A stretch of 64,000 nt of DNA from Candidatus Poribacteria bacterium (lineage in GTDB: Bacteria > Poribacteria > WGA-4E > WGA-3G), in contig OZ242029.1 in assembly GCA_965205015.1 (NCBI GenBank), forward strand, positions 1,344,001 to 1,408,000, in the 5' to 3' direction. Of this stretch, positions 28,853-38,095 are shown piece by piece (position 1 is the first letter of the stretch; each line of letters begins with the position of its first letter). The notes below the pieces were generated by a model. That model was not told the origin of the DNA, searched no databases, and was given only the letters and a program-made list of their open reading frames with translations. The position numbers and the translations under genes are program-made.

Positions 28853-29734
28853 CTACATTTTAAAAAAGTCTCGAATTTTTTCAGCCACTGCTATGAGTGC
28901 CCTACTCGCAGGAGCGTCCGGGTATTTATCAAGATATAGTGTTCCTTCGTCACCAGCACGAGCGAGTCTCGGATCGAAGGGGACACTGCCCAACAGATCC
29001 TGCTGGAATGCGGCGTCCAACGTCTCATCGGCGGAAAAGAGGGGTTCCTCCTCGCCACAGTGCTCACAGACATAGAATGCCATATTTTCGACAACACCAA
29101 TGATGGGGACCTTGAGAATGTCTCTCGCCATTGTTACCGACTTTTTGACGATGAGTTGCGACACCTCAGACGGGATCGTCACAACGACCACACCGCCAAG
29201 CTCCGGGATAAGTTCTGCTACGTTCGGGAGCCGATCGGTGCCGGGTGGCAAATCCAGCAGGAGATAATCCAGCATGCCCCATTCGGTATCGCCGATGAAC
29301 TCTCGGAGCGCGCCGACTTCCATCGTGCTCCGCCACGTGAACGCATCCTTCTGGGTGTGCGCATTCCAGAGTACCGGGGCATCGTCTTCTGCCAAGAGCA
29401 AATCCATAGAGATAAGCTTGGTGCCGAGTTCGGTAATAGCAGGTTTGACGCCTGTAGGCGTGTATTCCAACGTGGCGTTTCGTACCCCCATCATCTTGGC
29501 GAGCGTCGGTCCGTTGATGTCGGCATCGACGACTCCGACAGTACTCCCCTTCAGCGTGAGGGCGGTGGCGAGGTTCGCAGTGAGTGCGCTCTTACCGACG
29601 CCACCTTTCCCGCTCATAATCGCGACGGTGTGTTTGACCGAGGCGAGCCGTTGCTGGAGTCGGTTCATCTGCGCCGTGACTTGTCCGATAATATTGGAGC
29701 CGGCATCGCTTGGTAACTCTTTGTAAGTCTTCAT
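28853..29734 (-). CDS. apbC: Mrp/ApbC/NBP35 family P-loop ATPase (Fe-S cluster carrier)
   Basis: SGKGGVGKS, DADINGP, DLPPGT, VENM...CEHC. Confidence 0.9.
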   Translation of the reverse strand: MKTYKELPSDAGSNIIGQVTAQMNRLQQRLASVKHTVAIMSGKGGVGKSALTANLATALTLKGSTVGVVDADINGPTLAKMMGVRNATLEYTPTGVKPAITELGTKLISMDLLLAEDDAPVLWNAHTQKDAFTWRSTMEVGALREFIGDTEWGMLDYLLLDLPPGTDRLPNVAELIPELGGVVVVTIPSEVSQLIVKKSVTMARDILKVPIIGVVENMAFYVCEHCGEEEPLFSADETLDAAFQQDLLGSVPFDPRLARAGDEGTLYLDKYPDAPASRALIAVAEKIRDFFKM

Positions 29735-31002
29735 TTGGTGCCACCAACGGCATAGAGTGCCTGATAACTGCGTAGATAGAGTGTGCCATTTGCGAGAACA
29801 GGAGAGGCAGCGATAATTTCACCTATCGAGTTGCTGGCAACAATCTCAAACGCACGTCCCGCTTTCACAACGGTGATAACACCGTCCCGAGATGTGAGAT
29901 AGACATATCCGTTCGCATAGATCGGCGAGGCGCGATGTCGGTGCCGATGCGTTCGTTTGCGATAGAGTTGTTCGCCGGTCTCGGCATCCAGACATATCAG
30001 ATCACCGTTTTCGCGACAGAGATACACTAAACCGTCATGGATAAGCGGGGAAGGGACATCCGGTGTGCCTTGTCGAAGCTTCCAACGTTGCCATTTGCTG
30101 TTCGTAATATCCCCCTGCGCAGCCGGATCAATACCTACAACGGGTCCGTTTTTCGCCGAGGGGACGACAATGAGTCCCTCCATTGCAACCGGAGAAGCGA
30201 CGAATCGGAGGCTATAGTTATACCTATTTTTCGGGTTCAGGTCCCCGCACCGCCAAATTTCATTGCCATCTTCCAGACTGTGTGCGGTGACATAATCCGC
30301 GCCGTGTACGACGAGATATTCACGTTCTGAATCGCGGTAGAGGATAGGGGAGGTATAGGCGTGTTCGCACTCCTCGGTTGCGTCGCTTTTGCGTTTATGC
30401 TTCCAGATCTCTTTCCCCGTCATTTTGTCGAGTGCCAGCACGAGCCATGCATTGCTGTGGATGAGTTGGATGTAAAGCCGATCCTTATCCAGTAGCGGGG
30501 TTGTTGACATAACGAAATAGAGGTTGAACCTACCGTAACGCTCGGCAAGATTGGTGTGCCAGACCTGATTCCCATCGAAATCGTAGCAGGCAAGATCCCC
30601 GGTGCCGAGGAACGCCCAGACGTGTTCGCCATCGGTCACGGGAGAGGGAGCGGCAGAATTGCCTTCACCGCCACGGACGACGCGGTTGCCGTGTCCTAAA
30701 GTCCGTTTCCAGAGTTCTTCGCCTTCCGTGCTGACACACATCAGAACCAGTGCGTTGCCTTCAGCAGAGGTGAGAAAAATTTTATCTTCCCAGATAACGG
30801 GGGTAGCGGCGGCTTCACCGGGAAGAGGCAAACGCCATCGGACGTTCTCGGTTGGACTCCATTGGATAGGCGCGTCGGTCTCCTGGCTGACCCCGTCGTT
30901 GTTCGGTCCACGCCACTGGTGCCAGTTGTCGGCAGATAAAGACCCTACAAGGATAAACACCCCAAGTAGGAGTGTGAGTATGTTTCTTAGGATATATTGC
31001 AT
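29731..31002 (-). CDS. Secreted PQQ-like/BamB-like beta-propeller protein
   Basis: NWHQWRGP, repeated (A/P)SP..G..W blades; ATGA overlap with the Mrp gene. Confidence 0.88.
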   Translation of the reverse strand: MQYILRNILTLLLGVFILVGSLSADNWHQWRGPNNDGVSQETDAPIQWSPTENVRWRLPLPGEAAATPVIWEDKIFLTSAEGNALVLMCVSTEGEELWKRTLGHGNRVVRGGEGNSAAPSPVTDGEHVWAFLGTGDLACYDFDGNQVWHTNLAERYGRFNLYFVMSTTPLLDKDRLYIQLIHSNAWLVLALDKMTGKEIWKHKRKSDATEECEHAYTSPILYRDSEREYLVVHGADYVTAHSLEDGNEIWRCGDLNPKNRYNYSLRFVASPVAMEGLIVVPSAKNGPVVGIDPAAQGDITNSKWQRWKLRQGTPDVPSPLIHDGLVYLCRENGDLICLDAETGEQLYRKRTHRHRHRASPIYANGYVYLTSRDGVITVVKAGRAFEIVASNSIGEIIAASPVLANGTLYLRSYQALYAVGGTK

Positions 31003-31072
31003 GATGTCCTGCTCCTCAGTGATCCTCGTTGAGATAAGAAATAGTAGTCAGTCGAATAAAAAATAGTCGCAC

Positions 31073-31666
31073 CTACACATCAATGCCAAAAATGAGAACA
31101 GGAATATCAATGTCAGCGACTCCGCGCTGCTCCAAATCCCACACAAATTGCTCAAAATATGAGACACCCGTAGACATATCATCAGCGAAAGATTTCACAG
31201 GGACAATCTCAACACCAGCATCAATGTAGTCCAAGTTGCGAAAAATGGTCATCTTTGCACATACGTTGTAGACCATGAATGCGTATTTTCCAAATTGAAT
31301 CTCCACGCCAAGCCGTTCTTTTAGAAAGTCCATTTCTCGGTACGCGGGACGCATTCGTTTAGGCGAATATCCAGGGAGGTAGTAGTCTGTTGAATAGTGA
31401 CACGTTACACGTTTTTTCTGCCATCCTCTGACTCCAAAACCTTCGGCAAAAGAGCGATTAAGGTCGGGCGGACTATACAACTTTTTGCCCGGCATCGTGA
31501 GTTCCTTGCTTTCTTTAACTTTGTAAAGCGAGGCATCAACAAGGGCAATAATATCCTTTACCTCTTGTAACAGGTAAGGGTGCGTCTCTTGAATAGAATG
31601 TCCATCATTGAATGAATACTCAGCAGCAATAACCACGATTGTCCTATCTTCACCCTCTATTTCCAT
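31073..31666 (-). CDS. Type II restriction endonuclease, BglII/BstYI family
   Basis: EMDFLK..LGVEIQFGKY, MSTGVSYFEQ; adjacent to MTase. Confidence 0.8.
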   Translation of the reverse strand: MEIEGEDRTIVVIAAEYSFNDGHSIQETHPYLLQEVKDIIALVDASLYKVKESKELTMPGKKLYSPPDLNRSFAEGFGVRGWQKKRVTCHYSTDYYLPGYSPKRMRPAYREMDFLKERLGVEIQFGKYAFMVYNVCAKMTIFRNLDYIDAGVEIVPVKSFADDMSTGVSYFEQFVWDLEQRGVADIDIPVLIFGIDV

Positions 31667-32640
31667 TCCAAAGGCATCTGTGCTGCCCGTTCTTTTTCGG
31701 TTGGTTTGTGAATCGGTTTTCCTAACGGGCGAAGTGGTAGTGTCCCCTCTGAAAATTTCTGTATTCTTTCACGAGTAATCGCCGCATAGTTTGAATCTTG
31801 TTCAGCCCCAATTGCTTTTCGGTTATACTGCAGGGCAGCAATAATAGTAGATCCAACACCACAATAGGGGTCCAAAACGACCCCACCAGGTTGCGTGAGT
31901 GCTAAGACACACCGCTGGACCAATTCAACAGGAAATTGGCAGGGATGTTCGGTTTTCTCTGGATGGTTTGCTTTCACATTCGGAATATCCCAAACTCCAT
32001 CTTCCCAGTCCTGTGTGACTACGTCCCAAATATCAGAAGGATTCTTGCCAAGCGGGTTTCCCGAAAGTTGACCGCGCTTTGGACCCTTGAAATGTCGTTT
32101 GCCTGGATATTTTGACGGAACGCGCACCGGATCGAGATTGAAAACATATTCGTCGTCCTTGGTAAACCACAAAATAGTCTCATATCGACCTGAGAACCGT
32201 TTTGTGCAGTGCAAACCGTGATTAAATCGCCAGATAATTCGATTCCGTAATTTTAAGTCCAAGCGTTTGAAAATCTCATAAAAGTAAATATCGAGCGGAA
32301 ATACTTCACCTTTTTGGACGTAATTTCCGACTTGCCAACAGAGACTTCCAGTCGCGGCAAGCACTCGAACTATTTCCTTAATTATAGGTTCTTGATTTTT
32401 CAGATATGACGCTAAGGATGTTGTCTTCTCATATTTTTTGCCTATATTGTATGGCGGAGATGTGACGACTAAATCCACTGAACCTGATGGAATGTTTCTT
32501 AGCAGCTCGCTACAATCCCCGTCAAAGAGGACAACGTCTACATCAGTACTATAGGTCTCTGAAACCGTAATTTGACGCGGTGTGTTGAAAATATCCGTTG
32601 CAACTTCAACTGTCTCAACGCGAGAATCTTGGGATGCCAT
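31657..32640 (-). CDS. Site-specific DNA methyltransferase, beta class (N4-C/N6-A)
   Basis: TSPPY, HPCQFP, DPYCGVGST in beta order. Confidence 0.92.
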   Translation of the reverse strand: MASQDSRVETVEVATDIFNTPRQITVSETYSTDVDVVLFDGDCSELLRNIPSGSVDLVVTSPPYNIGKKYEKTTSLASYLKNQEPIIKEIVRVLAATGSLCWQVGNYVQKGEVFPLDIYFYEIFKRLDLKLRNRIIWRFNHGLHCTKRFSGRYETILWFTKDDEYVFNLDPVRVPSKYPGKRHFKGPKRGQLSGNPLGKNPSDIWDVVTQDWEDGVWDIPNVKANHPEKTEHPCQFPVELVQRCVLALTQPGGVVLDPYCGVGSTIIAALQYNRKAIGAEQDSNYAAITRERIQKFSEGTLPLRPLGKPIHKPTEKERAAQMPLEWK

Positions 32641-32649
32641 GTCAATCTC

Positions 32650-34542
32650 CTAAGGTTGATAGTATTGCCCAAGGACCTCATTGGCAAGGCTTCTGCCGTC
32701 CTCAATGACGCGAGCGGCGAAATCAAGTGTAACTTGGGTAACGTTGTTCTCTTGCGCTCGCTGCTCAATCCGCGTTTGCGTGATATTCCGCATAAATCCG
32801 GCAGGCACTAAATTCAAACGCTCGATTGCCTCTTCCGTCCACTGAACCGGACTCTCAAAATCTTGAACGCCTTCAGCACTCTGAGCCTCGGGCTGCGCTT
32901 GCACGGCTCTGAGTTCAGGAGCGTCCTCACGGACTGCCGCCGCTTCACCCATGCTGTCGTTGATAATCTCGGTTGCGAAGTCGTTTGTGATAGTCGCAAT
33001 CTTTTGAGAACGCGCGGATTTCTCAATACGTGCTTTAACGTTTCGGCGCATATAGCCGCGCGGAACCCCGCGGAGTGCCTTTTTCGCCTGTTCCGACCAC
33101 TGGAGTCGCACACCGTCAAACGTCTCTTCTTCGGCAGTACCGCCCTCGTCGACAGCGATATTCTGCAGTGAACGCTTGTCAACCCGCTGAAAACGTTCCG
33201 GCGGTGAACTACAGACGGGGCATTTCACGGGCTGTTGGTTGTGCGCAGCGTAGCCACATTCGCCACAGATATACGTCTGGACGGCATCCGATTCCAGCAC
33301 CTTCTGCTCAGCGATCTCCTTTGCGACGCGGGTCAACTGCTCAGAGGCACGCTGCGGCATGATGGCCTCCATCGCCATGTCAATAACACTCTCGGTAATC
33401 ACGGAATGCCCGCGCTCTATAGCGAACCGATGGACGGCTGTCTTGGCGATGCCGCGAACGAGCGGGGGTGCCTTCTCCATTCTATCCATAGCCTCCTGCG
33501 TCCAGACGAGCGTCTCCTCCGCTTTCACATCGATTTGTGGGAAATAGCGTTGGCTCGACAGGAGGACGTTGCAAGGGGCAAGGCGTAACAGATTCTCGGC
33601 AGTGCTACCGATGTCCATCTCCTGTTCACTGTGGACACCGATTCTGCCTAAGACGAGGAGCCACGGGTTCGTTTTACGTGTGTATTGTAGAATTTTTTCG
33701 TAGGCTTTGCCGTCAAGTAGGGTAATTTTTAGCGCGTAGTCGTGCTCCTCTTTTGCGATGGCGCGTGCAACCTCCAGATGCGACTGATAGATTTTCGCTA
33801 AACCCGTATCAATTACCTCTTCGTGGAGTTGTTCTTGCTCTTTAAATCTGAAAGTCCTCGCGGCGCGTTCCGTGAGCACATTCACAACGGAATTGAAGAC
33901 GATATAGTGTAGATACGGATCGTAGACCCCGACGGCTTCGACCTGTTTGTTGAACTTCCGTCCGAGGTGTATCGCGGTTTTCAAGCCTGAGAAAGATTCC
34001 GGACTTCCATCAATTCCGACGAGGATATTTCCTTGACTCTCTTCAATCGGTTCAAGGTCTCGGACGACGAGCGTATCGGTATTAATACGGCGGACAACGC
34101 GTTCACAGACGCCCCCGATGAGACTATCCTTGACGGCACCCATACCGAGTGCCCCCATAATCACAAGATCGTAATCGCCTTCCTGAATGTCCTCAACGAG
34201 TTTAATGAAGTGCTTGCCTTCCGGCATTCTCGCTTCAAACGGGATCTCGAATTCAGTGCACTTCTGTTTCATCACCTCAAGATAGGAATCCGAGATGAGT
34301 TGTAATCCCATGGTAATGAGCGTATCGTGGATACGACGTTGTTTCTCAAGTTCGACCTCGTCCTGATACTCCTCTGGCAGGGTATACTCCATCTGTTTAA
34401 AGCGAACATCGTGCATTTTTGCGGCATAAACGTGCGAGCCTACCAATTGGGATCCGAATTTCCTCGCGAACGCAACAGATAGAGCGATACTCGCGTCCGA
34501 GTAGTCCGAATTGTCAACGGGTACGTAGATTTTTTTGATCAT
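32650..34542 (-). CDS. Tandem universal stress protein fused to three PCP_red domains and a rubredoxin-like motif
   Basis: VPVDNS / GIDGS, MGALG..LIGG, IGSTAE; WTQEA, WSEQA, WTEEA repeats; CGEC..CPVC. Confidence 0.85.
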   Translation of the reverse strand: MIKKIYVPVDNSDYSDASIALSVAFARKFGSQLVGSHVYAAKMHDVRFKQMEYTLPEEYQDEVELEKQRRIHDTLITMGLQLISDSYLEVMKQKCTEFEIPFEARMPEGKHFIKLVEDIQEGDYDLVIMGALGMGAVKDSLIGGVCERVVRRINTDTLVVRDLEPIEESQGNILVGIDGSPESFSGLKTAIHLGRKFNKQVEAVGVYDPYLHYIVFNSVVNVLTERAARTFRFKEQEQLHEEVIDTGLAKIYQSHLEVARAIAKEEHDYALKITLLDGKAYEKILQYTRKTNPWLLVLGRIGVHSEQEMDIGSTAENLLRLAPCNVLLSSQRYFPQIDVKAEETLVWTQEAMDRMEKAPPLVRGIAKTAVHRFAIERGHSVITESVIDMAMEAIMPQRASEQLTRVAKEIAEQKVLESDAVQTYICGECGYAAHNQQPVKCPVCSSPPERFQRVDKRSLQNIAVDEGGTAEEETFDGVRLQWSEQAKKALRGVPRGYMRRNVKARIEKSARSQKIATITNDFATEIINDSMGEAAAVREDAPELRAVQAQPEAQSAEGVQDFESPVQWTEEAIERLNLVPAGFMRNITQTRIEQRAQENNVTQVTLDFAARVIEDGRSLANEVLGQYYQP

Positions 34543-34572
34543 TTTTTTAATTTTCCTTGCGGATTCTTCATT

Positions 34573-34842
34573 TTACCTTGCATCCTGTTCGTCTTTTCTG
34601 TAACGCGCCCCCAGAAAGCCGCCGAGTATATGCACAATCAATGTTGCGGGCCATAAGTAAACCATCGCGGTTTGCCAGTCCCAATGGAGGACAAAACGGC
34701 GTGCGACGATATTAATAACAATCGGTATGTAAAGGCATCTGCTCCACGGACGACTGAATCTCTTAAACCGTCCACGGTAAAATCCGAACGTGAAATGAAC
34801 CACAAAAGCCGCGAGGGAGATGAATAGGTTCAAATCATTCAT
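34573..34842 (-). CDS. Small membrane protein
   Basis: Three hydrophobic segments; ATGA overlap with the SCO gene. Confidence 0.7.
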   Translation of the reverse strand: MNDLNLFISLAAFVVHFTFGFYRGRFKRFSRPWSRCLYIPIVINIVARRFVLHWDWQTAMVYLWPATLIVHILGGFLGARYRKDEQDAR

Positions 34843-35477
34843 TTCTTAAGGAGTGCTTTGACATCTCGCCGCAAGCGTAGCAGTGCGGGTTTGCTCCGGC
34901 TATCGTAGTAGCCATAAATGTTCCCATCTGGCGCGACGAGAACGAATCTCGTGCTATGCAGGAGTTCAGTGCCGTTGTGTCCCGCCGCTAAACTGAAGCC
35001 GTTTTCGGCTAACGCGTAGATATCCGCTTTGTTCCCCGTAAGAAAGTGCCAACGTCTATCGTCAGCCCCATAAACCTTTGCGTAGCGTGAGAGGACGCTT
35101 GATGTATCCCGCTCCGGGTCGACCGAGAAAGAGACAAAATAGACCGGATCCGCAACGAATTCGGATTGAAGACGTGCCATCTCCTGCGTCATCGCCGGGC
35201 AAATCGTTGGGCAATTGGTGAAGATGAAGTCTGCGACCCAAATTTTGCCCTTCATGTCGGACAGTGTCAATGACTTCCCCTGTTGCGTTGTCAGACGAAA
35301 GTCTGGCACGCTGACAGCGGCACTTTTAGAGACCGGCATCTCCGATTTCGTATCAAATACCGACCACAAGTTGACACCCGCGATACCGATAATAATAACA
35401 CCGAGCACCACCCAGATGAGGGTGCTTTTATCGAGTTTTCGTTTAACGTTACCGGCAGCTTCGGTGTGTGTCTCCAT
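34839..35477 (-). CDS. SCO1/SenC family copper chaperone
   Basis: FTNCPTICP, DPERD, HS; N-terminal TM. Confidence 0.93.
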   Translation of the reverse strand: METHTEAAGNVKRKLDKSTLIWVVLGVIIIGIAGVNLWSVFDTKSEMPVSKSAAVSVPDFRLTTQQGKSLTLSDMKGKIWVADFIFTNCPTICPAMTQEMARLQSEFVADPVYFVSFSVDPERDTSSVLSRYAKVYGADDRRWHFLTGNKADIYALAENGFSLAAGHNGTELLHSTRFVLVAPDGNIYGYYDSRSKPALLRLRRDVKALLKK

Positions 35478-35518
35478 ATCCAGTCACCACATCGTAGGGG
35501 CGAGGCTCCCTCGCCCGA

Positions 35519-35860
35519 CTAATGAGCCGAGGTATCAACGACTTCCGCCGGTTTTTCTATGCCTTCATGCCGATCATCTGACGTGAGATCCGGCATCAGC
35601 ATGATGACGAGAAAAACGCAGATAAGGAAGGGGGTTACGACAATAGCTGCCAACGTCTTCCTTTCAAATTTCAGATGCATGAAATAATTCGCAACTAAGA
35701 TGGCCTTAGCACACGCCAGTCCAATGAGCAGGATGGCTTTGACCACCGTTGGGAAATCCGGGATGACTACCAAAAGTTCAAGGACGGTCAGCCCGGCGAG
35801 CCACCAGAAAATATTCATGTATTTCGGATGCTCTTTGTGCCCATTTTGTGCCATTTTCAT
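35519..35860 (-). CDS. Cytochrome c oxidase subunit IV (CtaF-like)
   Basis: LTVLE, KA....YFMHLKFE. Confidence 0.88.
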   Translation of the reverse strand: MKMAQNGHKEHPKYMNIFWWLAGLTVLELLVVIPDFPTVVKAILLIGLACAKAILVANYFMHLKFERKTLAAIVVTPFLICVFLVIMLMPDLTSDDRHEGIEKPAEVVDTSAH

Positions 35861-35869
35861 GTCCTCCTA

Positions 35870-36520
35870 TTATAGTAGATAGATGAAGGTGAAGACCATA
35901 ATCCAAATAAGGTCAACGAAGTGCCAGTAGAGCCCGACAATTTCTACCTCATGGTTAAATTCGGCGGTATATCTGCCACGCAAGCCGTGTATCAAGATAA
36001 CAATGAGATAGATGACACCCCCGGTTACGTGCATCCCGTGGAAACCCGTGATGGCATAGAAAGTGGGACCAAAAAGCGTCGAGCCACTAATTGCTGCCCC
36101 CGATAACCCATGCTCAGGAATACTGGTAAGCGTCAATCCGTGGTGAATCAGATGATACCATTCATAAGCCTGTAGCCCAAGGAAGATGACACCTCCACCG
36201 ATCGTCAACCCAAGGAACATGCACATGCGTGAGACATTACCGTTCTGAATCGACTCCAATGCTTTTACCATTGTGACACTACTGCATATCAACAGAAATG
36301 TCATAAACGCCGTTAACTCAATGCCAAGAACCTCCGTTGGCGGCGCCCAACCGATTGCACCTGCCCCCGCTCGGATAGCGGCATAAGCCGCCAACAACGC
36401 GCCAAACGACATGGTATCCCCGACGAGGAAGATCCACATGCCGAGTTTACCAAGGCTGTCCGGCGTCAGCGAAGGTTCATATACATCTTCAGTGTGATCT
36501 AAAGTGGTAGTGTGTTCCAC
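35870..36520 (-). CDS. ctaE: Heme-copper oxidase subunit III (second copy)
   Basis: GMWIFL, TGFHGMHV, GLYWHFVD. Confidence 0.9.
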   Translation of the reverse strand: MEHTTTLDHTEDVYEPSLTPDSLGKLGMWIFLVGDTMSFGALLAAYAAIRAGAGAIGWAPPTEVLGIELTAFMTFLLICSSVTMVKALESIQNGNVSRMCMFLGLTIGGGVIFLGLQAYEWYHLIHHGLTLTSIPEHGLSGAAISGSTLFGPTFYAITGFHGMHVTGGVIYLIVILIHGLRGRYTAEFNHEVEIVGLYWHFVDLIWIMVFTFIYLL

Positions 36521-36624
36521 TACAGTTAACTCCTTATATTCGTTATCGGTTATCAGTTAAAGAAGGATTTGGAATTATCAGAATCCAGTTTTAAGTGTGT
36601 ACTGATAACTAACAACTATTTTGA

Positions 36625-36861
36625 TTAGATGGTTTCTTGATCCATCGGTTTCCTGTTTGCCCGTCGGTGATGCCAATAAACTGTGCCACCGATGAGACCG
36701 AAAACCGTAAACGGCATCGCCATCAGAAAAAGGATACTCCAATTAAAACCCTTATTGATAGGATCATCAAGTTCTTTACAGCCCGGACACGCCTCAAGAG
36801 ACATCGGTACGATGAACATAACGAGTATCAAGATAGATGCCCAGAAAAACAATGTATGCAT
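36625..36861 (-). CDS. Small membrane protein with ACPGCK motif
   Basis: Signal-like N-terminus, CxxC, one TM; AAAGGA RBS before ATG at 36861. Confidence 0.7.
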   Translation of the reverse strand: MHTLFFWASILILVMFIVPMSLEACPGCKELDDPINKGFNWSILFLMAMPFTVFGLIGGTVYWHHRRANRKPMDQETI

Positions 36862-36874
36862 TCTAACAATTCCT

Positions 36875-37426
36875 TTACGAGAGATATACCAAAACGTAGA
36901 GAATTGGCCAGAGCGCGACAACAAAAATCCAGTAGATCGTACAGGTATCAACACCGACGTAACGTTCAGCAGAGAAACGTCCTGCCAGTGCCATGCCAAA
37001 AACGATGAACAGCCAGATAACAGCACTCAGCACATGGACGGCATGGCATCCGATGAGTACATAAAAGATACCGCCATACACCCCAGACTGGAGCGTCAGT
37101 CCGTTGCGAATCAGCTGCACCCATTCGCTTCCCTGCACGCCGAGGAAGAGTAACCCAAGCCCGCCCGTAATCAGTAGCCAATTGCGGAGTTGCTTCACAT
37201 GGTCCCTCTGAATTGCGCGGTGTGCTTGAAACATCGTGTAGCCGCTCAATAGAAGCAGTGCCGTGTTGATACCCGTTACCGCACGTGGGAGTTCAATCCC
37301 GAGATGCGACGGCGGGGGCCAGGTGACATTCCCGACTCGAAATACGAGAAACGTCCCGATGAGACCTGCAAACAGCATTGTCTCAGCACCGAGCAGGACT
37401 AATATAGCCAATCGTGCGTTGCTCAT
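36875..37426 (-). CDS. Heme-copper oxidase subunit III (first copy, divergent)
   Basis: ETMLFAGL, NTALLLLSG, GCHAVHV, YWIFV. Confidence 0.88.
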   Translation of the reverse strand: MSNARLAILVLLGAETMLFAGLIGTFLVFRVGNVTWPPPSHLGIELPRAVTGINTALLLLSGYTMFQAHRAIQRDHVKQLRNWLLITGGLGLLFLGVQGSEWVQLIRNGLTLQSGVYGGIFYVLIGCHAVHVLSAVIWLFIVFGMALAGRFSAERYVGVDTCTIYWIFVVALWPILYVLVYLS

Positions 37427-37460
37427 TTATTTCAATCTCGCAATCAAGATGCTTTTTGTT

Positions 37461-37706
37461 TCACGTATTTCGAGTGATCCGAAGAACGATCTCAGCGACT
37501 GCCGCGATAACCAGTAGTAAACCGATGACCCCTAAAACCGGTGTGCCGATACCTCGCACAACTTTTTCAACGAGCGGATGCGTTTTGCTGCCTGTAACAA
37601 TTGCTGTCGTTGCGATGATAAACAATCCCGCAAACAGCAGACACAGGATAATACCGAGGCGACGATTTCGTTTGCGATGTTCTGGGGCATTCATCTGTGC
37701 CATCAT
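37461..37706 (-). CDS. Small two-TM hypothetical protein
   Basis: Two hydrophobic helices; overlaps DUF805 stop. Confidence 0.55.
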   Translation of the reverse strand: MMAQMNAPEHRKRNRRLGIILCLLFAGLFIIATTAIVTGSKTHPLVEKVVRGIGTPVLGVIGLLLVIAAVAEIVLRITRNT

Positions 37707-38068
37707 CCACGCCCCCTATTTCTCACAACTCTGTATTTCAATGGATCGGGCCCAAAGCGGTTTCGACCGTAAGTTCCGCTGCGACACCCTAATTCAATCA
37801 CTATCCAGAAGATACCAATACCCGTAAACTCAATGAGTATCCACCACCCTGATCTGTCCCGATCGTGAAAGCGTTTCGTACTTGTAGCCCAGTGTGCCAA
37901 ACCAAGACAGAGCGTGCAAAAACTATAAACTCCAGACTCTCCCGCATCAAGAAGCGCAGCACTCCCGTGAACGATAAAACCGACACCGAATATCAGCAAC
38001 TGTGTCAGCCACCATTTCTCCCGATTAATCCGACCGCTGAACGAGAACAGGAGTTCAAATAGTGCCAT
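37703..38068 (-). CDS. DUF805 family membrane protein
   Basis: FSFSGRINR, KRFHDRDRSGWW, NRFGPDP. Confidence 0.9.
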   Translation of the reverse strand: MALFELLFSFSGRINREKWWLTQLLIFGVGFIVHGSAALLDAGESGVYSFCTLCLGLAHWATSTKRFHDRDRSGWWILIEFTGIGIFWIVIELGCRSGTYGRNRFGPDPLKYRVVRNRGRG

Positions 38069-38095
38069 TTTTCTAATTTTCCTTGCGGCTAAACC

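Noticed and set aside
26012-34542. (Bacterio)chlorophyll biosynthesis
   Set aside because: Only the small PCP_red domain is present; no BchL/N/B catalytic subunits.
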